A stretch of DNA of 64,000 nucleotides. Source: Bugula neritina. Taxonomy: Eukaryota > Animalia > Bryozoa. The notes beneath the pieces are model-generated. The model saw nothing but the letters and a program-made list of their open reading frames with translations, was not told the origin of the DNA and made no database searches. The stretch spans positions 9,603,150-9,667,149 of the forward strand of contig OZ037772.1 of the NCBI GenBank assembly GCA_964035545.1. The letters are read 5' to 3'. Below are positions 44,553-59,500 of the stretch, piece after piece. The position numbers were made by a program, and so were the translations under genes. Within the stretch, counting starts at the first letter, position 1; every line of letters begins with the position of its first letter.

Positions 44553-45034
44553 TATATCTTGTATATAAGTATAAAATAAAACCTGCACAGTGCACTGCGT
44601 AGTATTGATAGGGGCTTTTATAAAGCATAAATAACACGTGTTTGCAGCCTGATTAAGATGTTTTAGTATTGTTATGCACAAGAAAGCCTGTGGGCGTGTC
44701 ACTATTTAACTATGACCATAATAATAATTATATGCAACTATAAGGAAGTTTTAGTTCATTGCGCGTCACAACATTCCTTTGCCATTATAGGCTACACAAC
44801 ATCCAATCAGCTAGTCTTGTTCCGTTACTAGGTCAATACTATATCAACAACTGCTCGCCTACAACAGTCATGTGCTAGTCACAACTAGTACTACGCATGC
44901 AACTTTCGTTGTACTTGCCCGTTTCACTTCTCTCACAGTGATGCAGAGACGACTTTTCGTATTCTGTATAAAATGTGAAGACCATTATAATTTGAAAGCG
45001 GGGTATTTGAGAGAAAATTACAACGGTTGCCAAC

Positions 45035-48000
45035 ATGAATGGAAGACTACGTCTTCAGTCTGCATCAACAGAATTAAGAATTCTAATAGTAATAGTGACT
45101 ACCTCGTTCCTAGTTTTAGTCCCAACTGTTCACAGCAAGGCAATGACTGAAGACTGTACACCTGTAGAATATAATGAAGTAAGTATCTTTTAGTAAGGAA
45201 AGTAAGGAATTTGCATACTTATGAATTATAGTCAAACTCAAAGTTTGAAGTTAATTTGTTATCCTTATACTTATAATATAAATACTAGTTATAGATTAAT
45301 CATGTGGGCGACAACTATGTAATTACATAGTTGTCGCTCACATGATTGATTTATATTCGTATTGCCTAATAGTTATAGTTGTAGCTATCGTAGCAACCGA
45401 CAATTTCAGTAGAATACAAATTGAAATTACTATAACTATAAGTATAGGTTTTTTGTCCTTTCTCTAGTTAGGTGCAGTACCAGTAGTAAATTTGTCAAAG
45501 CCTGTATTTTGAAAAATTATAGGATATAGAAAAAAGATATTTTCTTTTATGTAGTTATAGTTATACTGACGCATACTCATAGCTTATGTGCTTATAGTTA
45601 TGAGTCAAAGGCTTACCAATGCCACATTTTAAAACCAACAGAGATAGAGACAATTATTATTATTAAAGAGCTTGGGATGCCTAATTATTGCCATTATAGT
45701 AACTCGTTGATCTCTGAGGCTTGCACGATGGTCCTACAGGATCTACTTCATACAGATACAGATTTCAAGTAGCGGACCTAACTAACTCTTTTCTTTAGCA
45801 CTAGCAACTAACAAAATTAAACTCAACTTTATCGTTAGTAAATGATTTGTAAATAGTAAGTATATGGATAGTAGATAGTTAATAGACAGTTAGTAGATGG
45901 TTCATGGACAGTTAGTGGATGTTTAATAGATAGTACATGGATAGTAGATGGTTAGTAGATGATTTGTGTTTGGGAAAGTAGATTATTGTGCTGTTATCAA
46001 TTGGGTGCTTCATTGCGACATGCAGACTCTAGAGTCTAGCAGTATGGCATATTGAATTAATCATTATATGGAAATTGCGCTCTAAGTTTTGGCAACTGTT
46101 TTTAATTAACATGCTTATGACTCACCCATAGTAACCTTGCTAGTAGAAGTAGAATGTTGAAGTCATAATACAGATTCTATAGTATAGTAAGTTTCTAGTA
46201 GGAACCTAGTCATTAAACCTGGTTAGTATTAGAACCGTTTATCTGTCATCTGAACTAGTTGCAACAGATCTATGTGCTAGGTCATTTTTCACGTGATGAG
46301 AGAATACCGAATATTCATGCTACTCAAATATTTGCTCTGCACATCATGAATGTGGGCTACACAATAGACGTATTCATGTTCATTCAGCACTTGCAACATT
46401 GAAAACTCAGTTTGATCACTGACTAAGTCCTAAAATATGACAATGCTTGGAGCTAGGGCTGCGAAATTCTCCGTCTAAGGTCTCCTCCACCATCACAAAC
46501 TCACTGAGCTGCAAATGTTGATTATGAAGTAGATGTTCACCAGGGAAGATAACTCTTATTGGAAAATGCATGATAACTTGATAGCAGGAGGAGAGGCTTT
46601 ATAGGGGAAAAAATAGCCTTAGAGCTTGTTAAAAGTGTCCAGATGCATATTTTCAGTTGCTGTGGGAAAAGGCATTGCTTGGATCAAATATATGCCAGTT
46701 GATAAGGTCCACCCTTAATAGCAGTGTCTTGACAAATAAAATAACTCAGTGTTTTGCCATTTAGGAGCAGTAGTGAAGAAATTGAGATAGCCTAAGTTCT
46801 TCAAATTTATTTATAAATTTTGGTTTAGGGCACGGGTTGAAGTTCTTGTGAGAACATAACTTCTTATGCTACATTTGTAATCTAGGACATGGGCTTTTCT
46901 CAATTTCTCCATTACCGCACCTACTTCTCTTTTGCATTCAAAGTTAGAGGATTATTTCACCAATGATATCTCAAAGCTCTAAGAGTAGTAAAAATATTAT
47001 TTTATGTTTTAGACATCTCTGAAATGCGCACTATACACCAAAACAGGTAAGTTTAATGATATCTAAAGAAAGATAGTAAACGGAGTAACAATCTCTTACC
47101 TAATGTAGTTGTTGGGGTCAATATACAGTGCTCTTTCCATATCTCACTGCTCCATGTCTTACCAAATTCCATAGGCCACGAGAAGGGCTTGGACCCCCAT
47201 TCTGTGACTTGTGTATGTGTGTAGGGACAAAATGGTCGAATTTAATAGATCTGTGAGTTGAATCTGGTGTTCTACTATGTCACTAGACCTATAGCTTAGT
47301 GAGATATGGAGGGAGCACTGTACTGAAAAAAATTCAACAAAAAGCATCTTGTGTAATATCATGTTATGCTGGCATAAAATTTAATCCACCTAACTAATAA
47401 TTTATTTACTGTTATAAGTTCCTTTTTTTAAGTTCTAACTTGGTTTGTTCAGAGTTTCTATGATAGGGAAATATTCATAACACCATCAATTCATTGTATC
47501 AGTTTTTAAATGAACTAAAACAGCAATTTGATAGTGTTTAGGCCTGGCCTCACTGAGAACACACGAAATCGTCTATTTGACACGAAAAAACAATCGTACG
47601 AGAAAATTTGAGGGAAATCAAATAAAATCATCTTCGTGGGGTGTACACAATGATGACGATGGACGAAAAATCACAATCGACGATAAGTACCATTTCATTG
47701 GTCAATAGATTTTTAGCAACAGTAATTATTTCATTTTTACCATGTTTCTCTATTTGACAATTTTCTGCTTTTTGTACCTCGTGCAAGACTCATTCACGGA
47801 CTATTTATTATATGTGTTTCGTTGGAAGAGTGTGTGGCTGGGCAAAACAAAAGGATAAATCACGGAAATCGTCACACGATTTCGTGTGATTCTCACGATC
47901 GTGAGGCCAGGCCTTTTGCCTTCAGATAGAAATTAATCTACCCTCATCTAAGTAAACTCCAGTTTGAGCGATGATGTAAGACAAATGGCAGCTTGATATT

Positions 48001-50467
48001 TCTGTACGGTGTATCTTTACTTCCCTAGCAGCTTAAACATAAAGATGAGGGCAAACTTTCTGTATGGCTGCTTTGAATAGTCATGCTGCCAAGTTCCTTG
48101 TATGTTTCCGTTGTGAGACACTTGATCAACATTTATATTACTTGACAATGTACAATGTACACACATCAGGGCTGGGGTAATTGTAATTGGTTGTAATTAA
48201 TTACATTTTTTCAAGTAATTGAATGTAATTTGTAATTGATGTATAAAAATGTAATTGTAATTAATTACATGTCTAATGTAATTGATTTTTACAATTACTT
48301 TATAATCACATGTCAATTACTTTAAACTTTTAAATATTAAAAGTGTCATGCTTTTCCTACCATGCCCACTGTTAAATAACAAGTTCAAATTAAGTCAATG
48401 TAGTATAGTATCACTGTTGAGAACAAAGGAGGTTCACCACTGTCAAAATTGCCCTTGGTAGTTGGACCCTAGAAGTGAGATTGTATAACTTCTATTTATC
48501 CCTTGTGAGAATAAAAGTAGTTGTAATTGTAATTAATTACATTAGCATATAATTGTAATTGCGATTAATTACATTACTTTTTAACTGTAATTATAATTGT
48601 AATTGACAAATTTTCATATAGCCTAATTGTAATTGTAATTAATTACATTCACATGTAATTGACCCCAACCCTGACACACATACATACATACATACACACA
48701 TACATACATATAAATACATACACACATACACACACATACATACACATACATACATACACACATACACAACACATACATACATACACACATACATACACAT
48801 ACATACATACACACATACACAACACATACATACATACACACATACACACATACATACATACACACATACACAACACATACATACACACACACATACATAC
48901 ATACACACATACACACACATACATACATACACACATGCACACACATACATACATACACACATACATACATACACACATACACTACACATACATACATACA
49001 CACATACACTACACATACATACATACATACATACACTACACATACATACATACATACATACATACACACATACAAACATACACGCATACATACATACACA
49101 CATACACTTCAATGCACCCACACCCCCACTCCCACACAAACTTTTTAAGCTGTTCACATGAAATTATGTAATGGGCGCAAGCATGGCTTTTAACCAAATC
49201 CATTCACCATGTCCCCTTTGATCAATAATGTTTACTGCAGTTCCACTTTCTACCATTAGATTACCTACTCCATTTTGCAGAAAATTAATAAACTTTAGAA
49301 ACCAAGTTTTGTGTCTGAATTTTGGGAGATGCTGTATATTAGATATACTTGGTGAAGGTTTTCCAATGAGGTTATCTGTAGGGCAGACAACTCCATAGGG
49401 TCGAGTTTTAAGCTGCAGCTCCATGCAATGAGACCCAGAACTCCTGTTTAGCTGCTGCACGCGTTGATATACAAGTTGGCTTATGATATGATGAAGTGTT
49501 GTGAAAAAAATGGTCTTCAAATTTGAAGAACCTTTGTACCTTCGATGCCAAAGAGCTCAATTGAAATTCTGACAATACTCCTAACATTTGTAACTAACAA
49601 GACTTGATAAACAACTATTTTAAACATAGATTATTCACTAATGATTTTTCTATACAAAGGGTGAAAGTGTGTACTCTGTAGATATACACAACAGTGAGGA
49701 AATAGAGCGCTTGGGGCTTTTCAAATATTGAGATTATCATATGTGACTAGGCCTGTACTGAAGTGCAGATATTATAATGGTGGCTATTTTTAGTAACAGT
49801 GATACAGATTGTTGGCCATGGCTGTTGTTGCTGGAATGAAGGAACAAAACTTTCTTTGTGCCGACACTCTAGAAACACAGCAAGCTATTGAAAGTGTCCT
49901 ACAAAAAGGCTATTTTTCTCCCAGTTCATTTCCTGTTTGAGTTTTAACCCAAATACATACTGAATTAAGATATATTTATCCTTTATATTTCAGTTGTTAC
50001 ATCCCCACTATATTATTTAGATGAAAAATTTCAATAGGCTAAGCTTTTCCAATTTTTTATGGGTTTTGTAACAGATATGACTGGGTATTATTGTACTCTC
50101 AGCTCTGATATTGCTCATAAATATTTAGTATACATGATTCTATTGTGGCCCTTGATAAGTTGTATGCATGGGCAGTGAGATTATCCCTCTCTCTAAAATA
50201 TCCTGGTTTTTAAAAGAAAATTAGCCTAATATATCACCTAAATAATAGCATGGCCTGCATTTCAAGTTTTATGTCATATTCAAAGCGAACAGATATATTC
50301 ACCCTTTAACCCCTTGATATGGCTAGGGTCGTTTGTGAACACTATTTATGTAGTAGTTTTATTATTCTTGGAGTTGATGATTATTAAAACAGAGTTACTG
50401 CTCCTTGCATGGTTTACTACATGTCTTTATGAAGCCTATCTAGTTGTTACCACTACTACTACTACTA

Positions 50468-50516
<49 letters not shown>

Positions 50517-53500
50517 CACTACCACTACCACTATTACCACCACTATTACCACCGCTACTACTACTACTGCTACTGCTACTGCTACTACTACTACTACTAC
50601 CACTACTACTACTACTACTACTACCACTACTACTACTACTACTACTACCACCACGAGCACCATTACCAGTATTACCACTACTAGCATTGCCACTACCTGT
50701 CTTTACCACCTGTATTACCCCCATTACCTGTATTACCTGCAGCCGTGGTCTAGGGGTTAGAGCATTTGCCTAGTAAACACAAAGTCATGGGTTCGAACCC
50801 TGACAAAGGCTGATGTTGATGTTAGGAAGAGCATCCAGTTATAATTGCTCCTTTGTCTCATTTGAATAAGTCCTTAGCCGGATTTAACATAAAGGCTTTC
50901 TCTCAATGGTTTCTCACAGGGATGGTGACTATAAACCTGTGGAGTTTTTTATTACCACTAGTACAACTGTACTAGTGGTACTGTTTTACAATCAATCACT
51001 TGTAGGGACCAGGAAGTTCAAGAATATGTTTAATAACCAAGCAGTGTCTATTATTACTAAATCAACTTCATTAATAATACATAGTGGGACTTAACTATGG
51101 AATTAGTCTAGTTACTAGTATAATTATGTGTGTTTATTGCATATCAGCTTTGGTGTGGTTCTATCATGGTTGAGCTGATAATGTTAATGTTGACTATTTG
51201 ACATGCTGCTTCATCTACTGCTGTGCACGCGACTCGTATCATAAGACAAGAGAGAATAACTTCTAATTGGCTATAAGATTAATCAACATGATGGCTGCCA
51301 GCAACTGAAAATTTTGCTGAAAAATATGATTAAACGGCATAAATTTTGATATTTTATCCTATTAAATAGAATAATACAGTATGTTATTATTATTATATTT
51401 TATCATGTTAAAGTGATATTTTAATAAAATAAAACAAAATATTCTATATTGTATTATGTTAAAAATGTGGTTTTGTATGAATACAATGCATAATATTATA
51501 TTAGGGTCAAGTTATACTGCTAAACTTTTGACTATTATACTGTGGTGTTGTCTTTTAGCTAATTGCCAAAAAGCCAATCGACTGGCTCCCACAGCGGAAA
51601 CGCTGGAGCCTGCAGTCTCTAACCCTCCATATGTGTTTATGAATCAGGGGTGCTTTACTTCCTCGGGAATATCAGGAGTTGTCCTGATTTGGAAGCCACC
51701 AAATCTGTCCAGTGAGTTTACAGAGCATATTGTTATAGCCTACTGTTTAATACGTCCGTGACTTTATTGGTCAAAAATATCTTTTCAGTTAAGATGGAGG
51801 TTTTGTAAGCAGTATAGACATTAGTCCCATAAACTTTGCTTCTAGACAATAAAAAATAGTGAAACAGTAAATACATTTAATATAATACGACTTTCAAAAC
51901 TTTGGAGTTATGTTTTCTTGATAGTTAACATGCATTTATTACTGTATTTGTATCATATCTGAATATTTATTGAGTCTATATATACGTGGAATATATATTT
52001 AGAAATTGAATATTAATTTCTTGAATTACCTCAAGTGTTCTTATATTTTCTATTGCAAGAGTATAGGTTGGTGTCTTTATTTTAGCTTTATCCAAGACCA
52101 AAGGCTATCGTGTCAACCTGTATTACTACAAACTAAACGCTACAGGTTCAGTTGAGGTAATTTCAGTTCATACAGTAGTCGGGAAGATAACTGCCTTTTT
52201 GTTGATAGTTGAACTATGTATCCAATCACTGTGGTAATAAATGAATGAAATAGTTTAATTTGAATACTAAAATGTCAGACTCTTAGCCTCAGATTAGTTT
52301 AAAGGTTGTGTTTTCCTTTTGTTTAGTGTACAATCTGCATTAAAATATATGGTAGTGAGTGAAACCTTTAAATCTATTTTGGAAAGTAGCATTTTCAAAT
52401 AAATTTTAAGAAGTAGAGCTTTTAAATATATTTTTAGAAAGTAAAATTTTTAAATATTTTTAGAAAGCAGAACTTTCAAATACGTTTCAAATGAATTTTA
52501 GTAAGTAGAATTTTAAAATAATATATTCTAGAAGTTAGAAGCTGAATATTGCCGATACCTGAAGCTATCAGGTAACAAGAGTGTCAACACAGAAGGAGTT
52601 TTCAGTCTGACAATACCTGAACTGATCGAAACGAGCACCACCTATCAAGCTGAGATAGTCACTCTACCACTGTCCAACTACAGCCATTCCACTTTTGTCA
52701 ACTTTACTTCTTACAGAGATGTCAAAGGTATACAAAAATATTATATTAGATTTTTCAGCTAGCTGATTCGTTTAGATTTCAGTAAATTGATAGATGCTTG
52801 CTATATCAATGGTTATAAACATTTTTTGATCATCTAATTTGTTGGCTTTTTTATAAAGAAAAAAATATTTTACTACAGAATTTTTTTAGCTGCTTTAATT
52901 TCTATGCTTGTTAAACTAGGTAAAATTTTTGCTCATCAATATATTAATATTGGTGTGTTATATACATGCCGAGACTAACATGTTTGACATCAACTGAATA
53001 TTATTTTTAGTAGCAACTCTACTACTACTGACATTTACGGCATCCACCACTACTTTATTGATAGGCAAATACTTAATCAATTAGAAAATACTAAATTAAA
53101 TAGCAAATACTAGTAGCAACTATCAAATACTGGTGGCAACTAGCACTGGCATGTAATGTAGGTGCTATAACACAAGATTTCAAGAGCTCTAAAGTACAAA
53201 TAAAGTCTGATTTTTCTTGCAGAGAAGCTAAATATAAAGGAAGGGTATTTCAACAACCGCCCATACTCGGTGACTGTATCATTCATGCGCTCCAGCTACA
53301 AAGAGAGCATTAATATACTGTACAATCACACCTCCTATTACGTGTATCTTTATAACAAGGATGGGAATAGTTTAGCTGTGAACTTGAATGGCGCACAGAT
53401 CCTTGAGAAGAAAGTAAACTCTGTAAGTTTTGTCATTTGAATATCTCTATTAAAAGAAGTTGATTTTACAGCATGCAACCTACGTCTACCTGTATGCAAA

Positions 53501-56500
53501 CTGTTGCAGTGACCTATGCCCTCTAAGCTTGCAGAATTAAGCTAAATGCATCAACTTTCTTACTTGTATGTATGTTTTACCTGCATCTGTTTGTTTACCT
53601 GATTCTACCTGTTTACCTGCGCTCTTAATTTAAGTTGACAAGATTCTACAGTTTATGTATTGGAACATTCTAGAAGTCTTCAATTAAAACAAAATGTTTT
53701 TTCACTTCTTATTCAATAGTTGATGTTAATAAGTAGCAAGTGTTTAGTGGCAACTATTGAACTGCACTACTAATATCTACCGTGAAAATAATTTTTCATA
53801 AACCCCATGACAGTGGATTGGGTATTGTCAACATCACTGAATTAGCATTTGAAAGTAGGCGTGGCTAAATTGAAGCATTGTTCAATATGGCTGAACTTTG
53901 GCCATTCCAGGGAATTTATATTTCAATGGTCGACATATTGAAATTGAACCAATCACTTAAGTTTAGACTGCTTTTAGTCTCATTATTGTTAGGAATTTAC
54001 ATCATTATACCTACTGTATTGTATCATACTTTACAGTCTAAAATCGAAGAATTCGCCGAAGTTTCCTTTGACAACCTCCTTCCTGGTACATATGGATTCA
54101 GAGTGAGTTATTTTATTCATGTGAAACGGAGAGCAGCAATGGTTTAGTATGGTTAGAGTGTAGTTTAGTGTGGCTAGAGCAGTGGTTTAGTGTGGTTTAT
54201 TGTGGTTAGAACAGTGGTTTAGTGTGGCTAGAGTGTGGTTTAGTGTGGCTAGAACAGTGGTTTAGTGTGGTTAGAGTGTGGTTTAGTGTGGCTAGAGTGT
54301 GATTTAGTGACAGGAGTGTGGTTTAGTGTGGCTAGATCAGTGGTTTAGTCATGAATTTGAGGCCATAGTAAATCTGGAGTTTGCTTATACCTAAACAAAG
54401 TACTGAGTTTCAGTTTATTTCACTCATCTGAAATCATATTGATTTGTAAAATCACTTGAAAATAATAAATGACGTGCCTAATCACTACACACTTGATGCC
54501 CTTTGAAAACTGACACAAAATTGGCATAGAAACGTTGATGAAAATTCTATAATGATTCAAACAGTTTTACTGATAAGATTTTAGGTGCAGTTAGTTGAAA
54601 TCAGTCATTGGTTTGCAGCATAAAATTATAATGTATTGGCCCATATACACTATATACTATACCATGTGTACATTGTAAACTTCTAGTTCACATTACATAA
54701 CTGGATCTCTTGTAGTTTATATACTTATTTCCTATTCATTACTTACTGTGTTCAGTATACATTAAATACTTACTACTTTTGTAACTTACCTAGTTCTATC
54801 GTAGAGTGCGTACTTGCTTCTCGTGTACATTACATACGTACACCTTGAGTTTCATTAGATATACTGTATATTATATACTTTTTCCTGGTTTACATACATT
54901 ATTTACTTTCATTTGGAATACAATACATACTGTGTTCTTTATATAATATTATTTACTTAATACACAGTTCACATTGTATAATTCCATTGATGTAGTTTAT
55001 ATCCGTGATTATGGTGAACATTATATACTTACTTCTAGTGTACATCTACTTACTTCTAGTGTATATCTACTTACTTCTAGTGTGTATGATATACTTACTT
55101 CTAGCGTATATCTACTTACTTCTAGTGTACATCTACTTACTTCTAGCGTATATCTACTTACTTCTAGTGTACATCTACTTACTTCTAGTGTACATCTACT
55201 TACTCCTAGTGCACATCTACTTACTTCTAGTGTACATCTACTTACTCCTAGTACATCCTGCTGTCATAATACTACATACACTGTACTACTCATATACTTG
55301 TCTCTATCCAATAGGTTTGGCCACAGAAAGTAATCTATGACGGCACGTGTTGTAAAAATTGCCCTACGAAAGTTGACAATAGCCAGATCAGCAATTTGTT
55401 TCCTGTCAAGGTCAAAGGTTAGCGAGAACTTCACCAGATGTTAAGGATTTATAACGGCATTTAATGTTGTTGAGGGGCGCTCGGCGCCATCTTGCATTTT
55501 GTGTAAAATTTATTTTTTGAGTAGAAATATCAGAGAGCAAAATCGAAGTCACATGATCATCTCTCTCCTATATATACCCTTGTTACCAAGGTTACTAAAG
55601 CCTTTCCTTACATTATTGTATACTTTACTCAGTCACTTGTTAGGCTTATATTAAAGAAAACAGCTGGTTCCGGCACTGTTCTCATGTTGAGCTTAGGGTA
55701 TAATAACGAACTAAATTCTAGTCATTTCATCAGGCTAGTTATTTAATAAAATAGAGTGTAATGATGCATGTGTTATAGATTGTAATATTTCAATCTTGTA
55801 AAAGACAAAATTTATTAGCTGTTTCTAAAATTAAATGAAAAGCCTTTGTATTACTAAAATGTACTAAAGTATTGGATTGAATCATTGTCTTAATTTTTAA
55901 ACTGATCTGTGTATCAAATTATCTTTGCTAAATTACGGTCTTCATTTCATGCCACTTTAATGTGTCTCATTCAATACATAGTCTGTCTTCTTCATTTAGA
56001 ATTAATACTACTGACAATATTAGTAGTTGTCTTCACTTTCTTTTAGGTTCTGAATATGAACCAAGAATCAAACCAAACTTGGAGATGAATAAAAATGGAA
56101 CTGTTAGATTGGCGTTTTTAATAGCCCCTTCATATTATCACATAAATACATACTCTGTAGCACTTGTCAGTGGACAAAACAGCAACATTTCACTTGCATC
56201 TCAATCAGTAAGTTAATTTATTATTTTATATTGAAATATATAATATATTTGTTTTTCATATCTAACTAGTATGAGAAATAAATAAATCAAAAATATTTTC
56301 AATTTGGTTTTTCTCTAAACACAAAGCAGAATAGTATCTTGGGTACTATTTACTATTTTGAATACTAAATACTAAATATTTTGAAAATAAATACAGCGGT
56401 ATTTGAAGTATTATATTGTTGTATTTTATTTCAAGTAAATTATTGATAAAAATTGTTTTCTTTTATTAGTTTCTTATAAAATTACTATATATAATATATT

Positions 56501-59500
56501 GATAGCTAAAGCCATTTGTTGCTGTAATTTTCTTATTAATTGTGCACCTATTTAATAAACCCACTATAGTAACACATATATGTCCATGTATACAAGATGC
56601 ACATGTATATATTATAGTAAATCTTAAACTTATTGTTTGGTTTTGGCATACATACATACAACTTATGATATTTTAATAATTTGTAATTAAAATTGAAGAG
56701 CTCATTGGGGTTGGCTGGAAACGAGACATTAAATTTGTGTGACTTTTCACTTAATAAATCATTTTGTTTTAGAAAATACCGGAACCAAAAGATGAGTGGT
56801 ATGAAACTGTTTTATGGTTTTCTAAAAAAGATGTTTATGACGTTTTTCACAGTGAAGAGGAAATCTATGCAATAGTAAAGAATGCTGTAGAATTTAGTTT
56901 TCATATGTTGTTTGCATTGTTTTCCTGCTGGCTAAGCACTTGTTTTCTGTTGGGGCACAGGAGCAATTATGACTAAATGCCCTTTCTAACATCACATTTA
57001 CCTTACCACTATTTGAATCACTGACCGTGGGTTTACTAAGTCAGTTTTAAGTTGCGTTTATACCTTCACGATTTTCAGTCAGAAATTCAATTTGGCCGAG
57101 GTGAAATTTTTCCAAGTTGCATTGCATTGTAAAATTAGCCACTCGTCAAAATTTCTATACTGTGATAACTTAATCGGCCGAGTTCAGAATAATACTTAAA
57201 AGGAGTAATAACTCCTTGTAAATATCGTTATTTAAATATGACTTTGACGATTAGATGACATACTTTAATGTTAATAATTATATCGCCTATGCCTTCTCAA
57301 TTATTGCTTTCATGCTGTCACCTTTACTAATTCACGATGTTTTCAAAGGGCATCAACTAGCGATTAGGCGTGTCAGATTTCACTTTTAAAAAGATTTTCG
57401 CGTGACTATAAATGGGTACTCGGACAAATGTTATTAACTGAAACTCGGTACTTATTTCAGCAGAGGTATAAACACAACTTTAGCCATTTTGTTGCAACAG
57501 CCCCCTAATAGTATTTTTTATCCTTTGATTCAGTAAAGTTTTGTATCATTTAGCTGTAGCGATCAATAGATTTATATCCATTAGTGAAAAAATCAAAGTG
57601 CTTCACATAATAATTCATACCAGACTATTTAAAAAATATATTTAAATAAATTCACAAGACACATACTATATATGCTGAGTAAAACTGGCAATAAAATTCT
57701 GACTCTATTTTACATGTTATGATCAGACTACCCAGTACCAAAAAATTGAATTGAAAAAATATATTTTACAAATTGTTTTGACATTTATCTGGTAATGTGA
57801 AGTTATTATTTTTTAGTTGTTTTTAAATTTAAAATATATTGTATATTTTAAATGTAAATTATTTATCTTTATAATGTAAGTTGTATTTGTATATATTATG
57901 CAGATTACTCCACTGGTGTCAGAATCAGTATGTGCAGAGTCAGGGTATTGTAATCTCAATGGTGAATGTAATCCTTGCACTCCTTCTTTATCTAACACAG
58001 TCACAGTACTAGAGTATAGTGAACCTTTGAGCCGCTGTGAGTCAGTTTTATATTTAATTTTTAATTATATCATTTATAATTTGTATTATCACTTCTATTT
58101 TATGTTATTCTTACTAACTTGTATTGTTTGTATTTTATTTTATTATTTGAAATTTATGCTATTATTTATACTTTATAGTATAATTTCTATTTTATATTAT
58201 AATTTCTAATATATATTATTACTACTAACTTACAATAATTTTATTATATCTAATTTATATTATTCCTATTTTATAATATATTCTTCCTAATTTATTATCA
58301 AATTTGTAAGTCGTATCTTTATTATACTGTTAAAAATGTGTTATATAGAAAAATGATTTTGAATGCCAACTTTTTGACTGGAATAGGTATTATAATACAA
58401 TTGGATATACCTTATATTATACTAAATTCACTACCAGTGGCAAATATTCTTTTAATTTTCACTTCAACTTAAATATAGCAATATGTATCCTGGAAAAAAC
58501 TGCGCGCTTTTAGGAGCTGTATGATTCTATATATTGCATAAGATGATAAATATTTTAGATGATAAAATTGCATGGTTTGTCATTAAAGCTGTCCATCCAA
58601 TCAAATTCTAAGTTTCTAATGCTGCTTTAACTACATAAATATAGAACTTCCGTGTTTTTTTAATTTATTAGCATATAGATAAGTGCATTATAGAAAGGAG
58701 TTCATGAATAATGTTATAGTAAAAGGAAAGCTAGAGCCTTACTGATTTGTAGTACTATTCATTTAGGAGCAGTAGTAGAGAAAATGAGTTAGCCCAATTT
58801 CTTCAATTTTATTACTAAATTTTGGTTTGGGGCCTGGACTGAAATTCTCGAAAAGGCATAACTTCTTGTGCTACATTTTTAATCTAGAACACGGGCTTTT
58901 CTCAATTTCTCCATTACTGCACGTATCTCGTAATACTTAAAAACTTATAGTCTTTTATGCTGCAGAATATACTTTTATAATACGTACAAAAAGTCATTTC
59001 GCTAGAATTGGTTTGAGTTCTGTTTATTTTGTAGCTTCAGTTCTAGTGATAAGCTTGTCGACACCAATATCTGTAGCCTTAGTCATTGTCGCTCTAGTAG
59101 TGGCTTGTTTTGTGGTACGTCGATCTAAAGCCCGTAATCGGTCCACTTCGAGTAACAAGCTTTTCAGACACCAAGACTCGTCTGCCTCTTCTTCACAATC
59201 AACTGACCGAGATGAACTGAATGACTTACATCCAGGTATTTAAAAATATGGCTAAAAATTAAATTTTAGCAAAAAGGAGAAAATGAAGCTATGCAATTGG
59301 GTCATTTTACACAATTTAGTACACAAACTATATATCTCTAGTTTTTAGCTCTTTTTCACAGTTTTGCTGCTAATGTATGTAGTTTCTTGCATTAAACTAA
59401 TAAAATATTAACAAATACAGCTGAATCAGCAAGGTTTTATCTTAATTTTCTTAGTAAATTTGGGTATTACAGAAAATCATTTCACCCGAGCGCCCAAATT

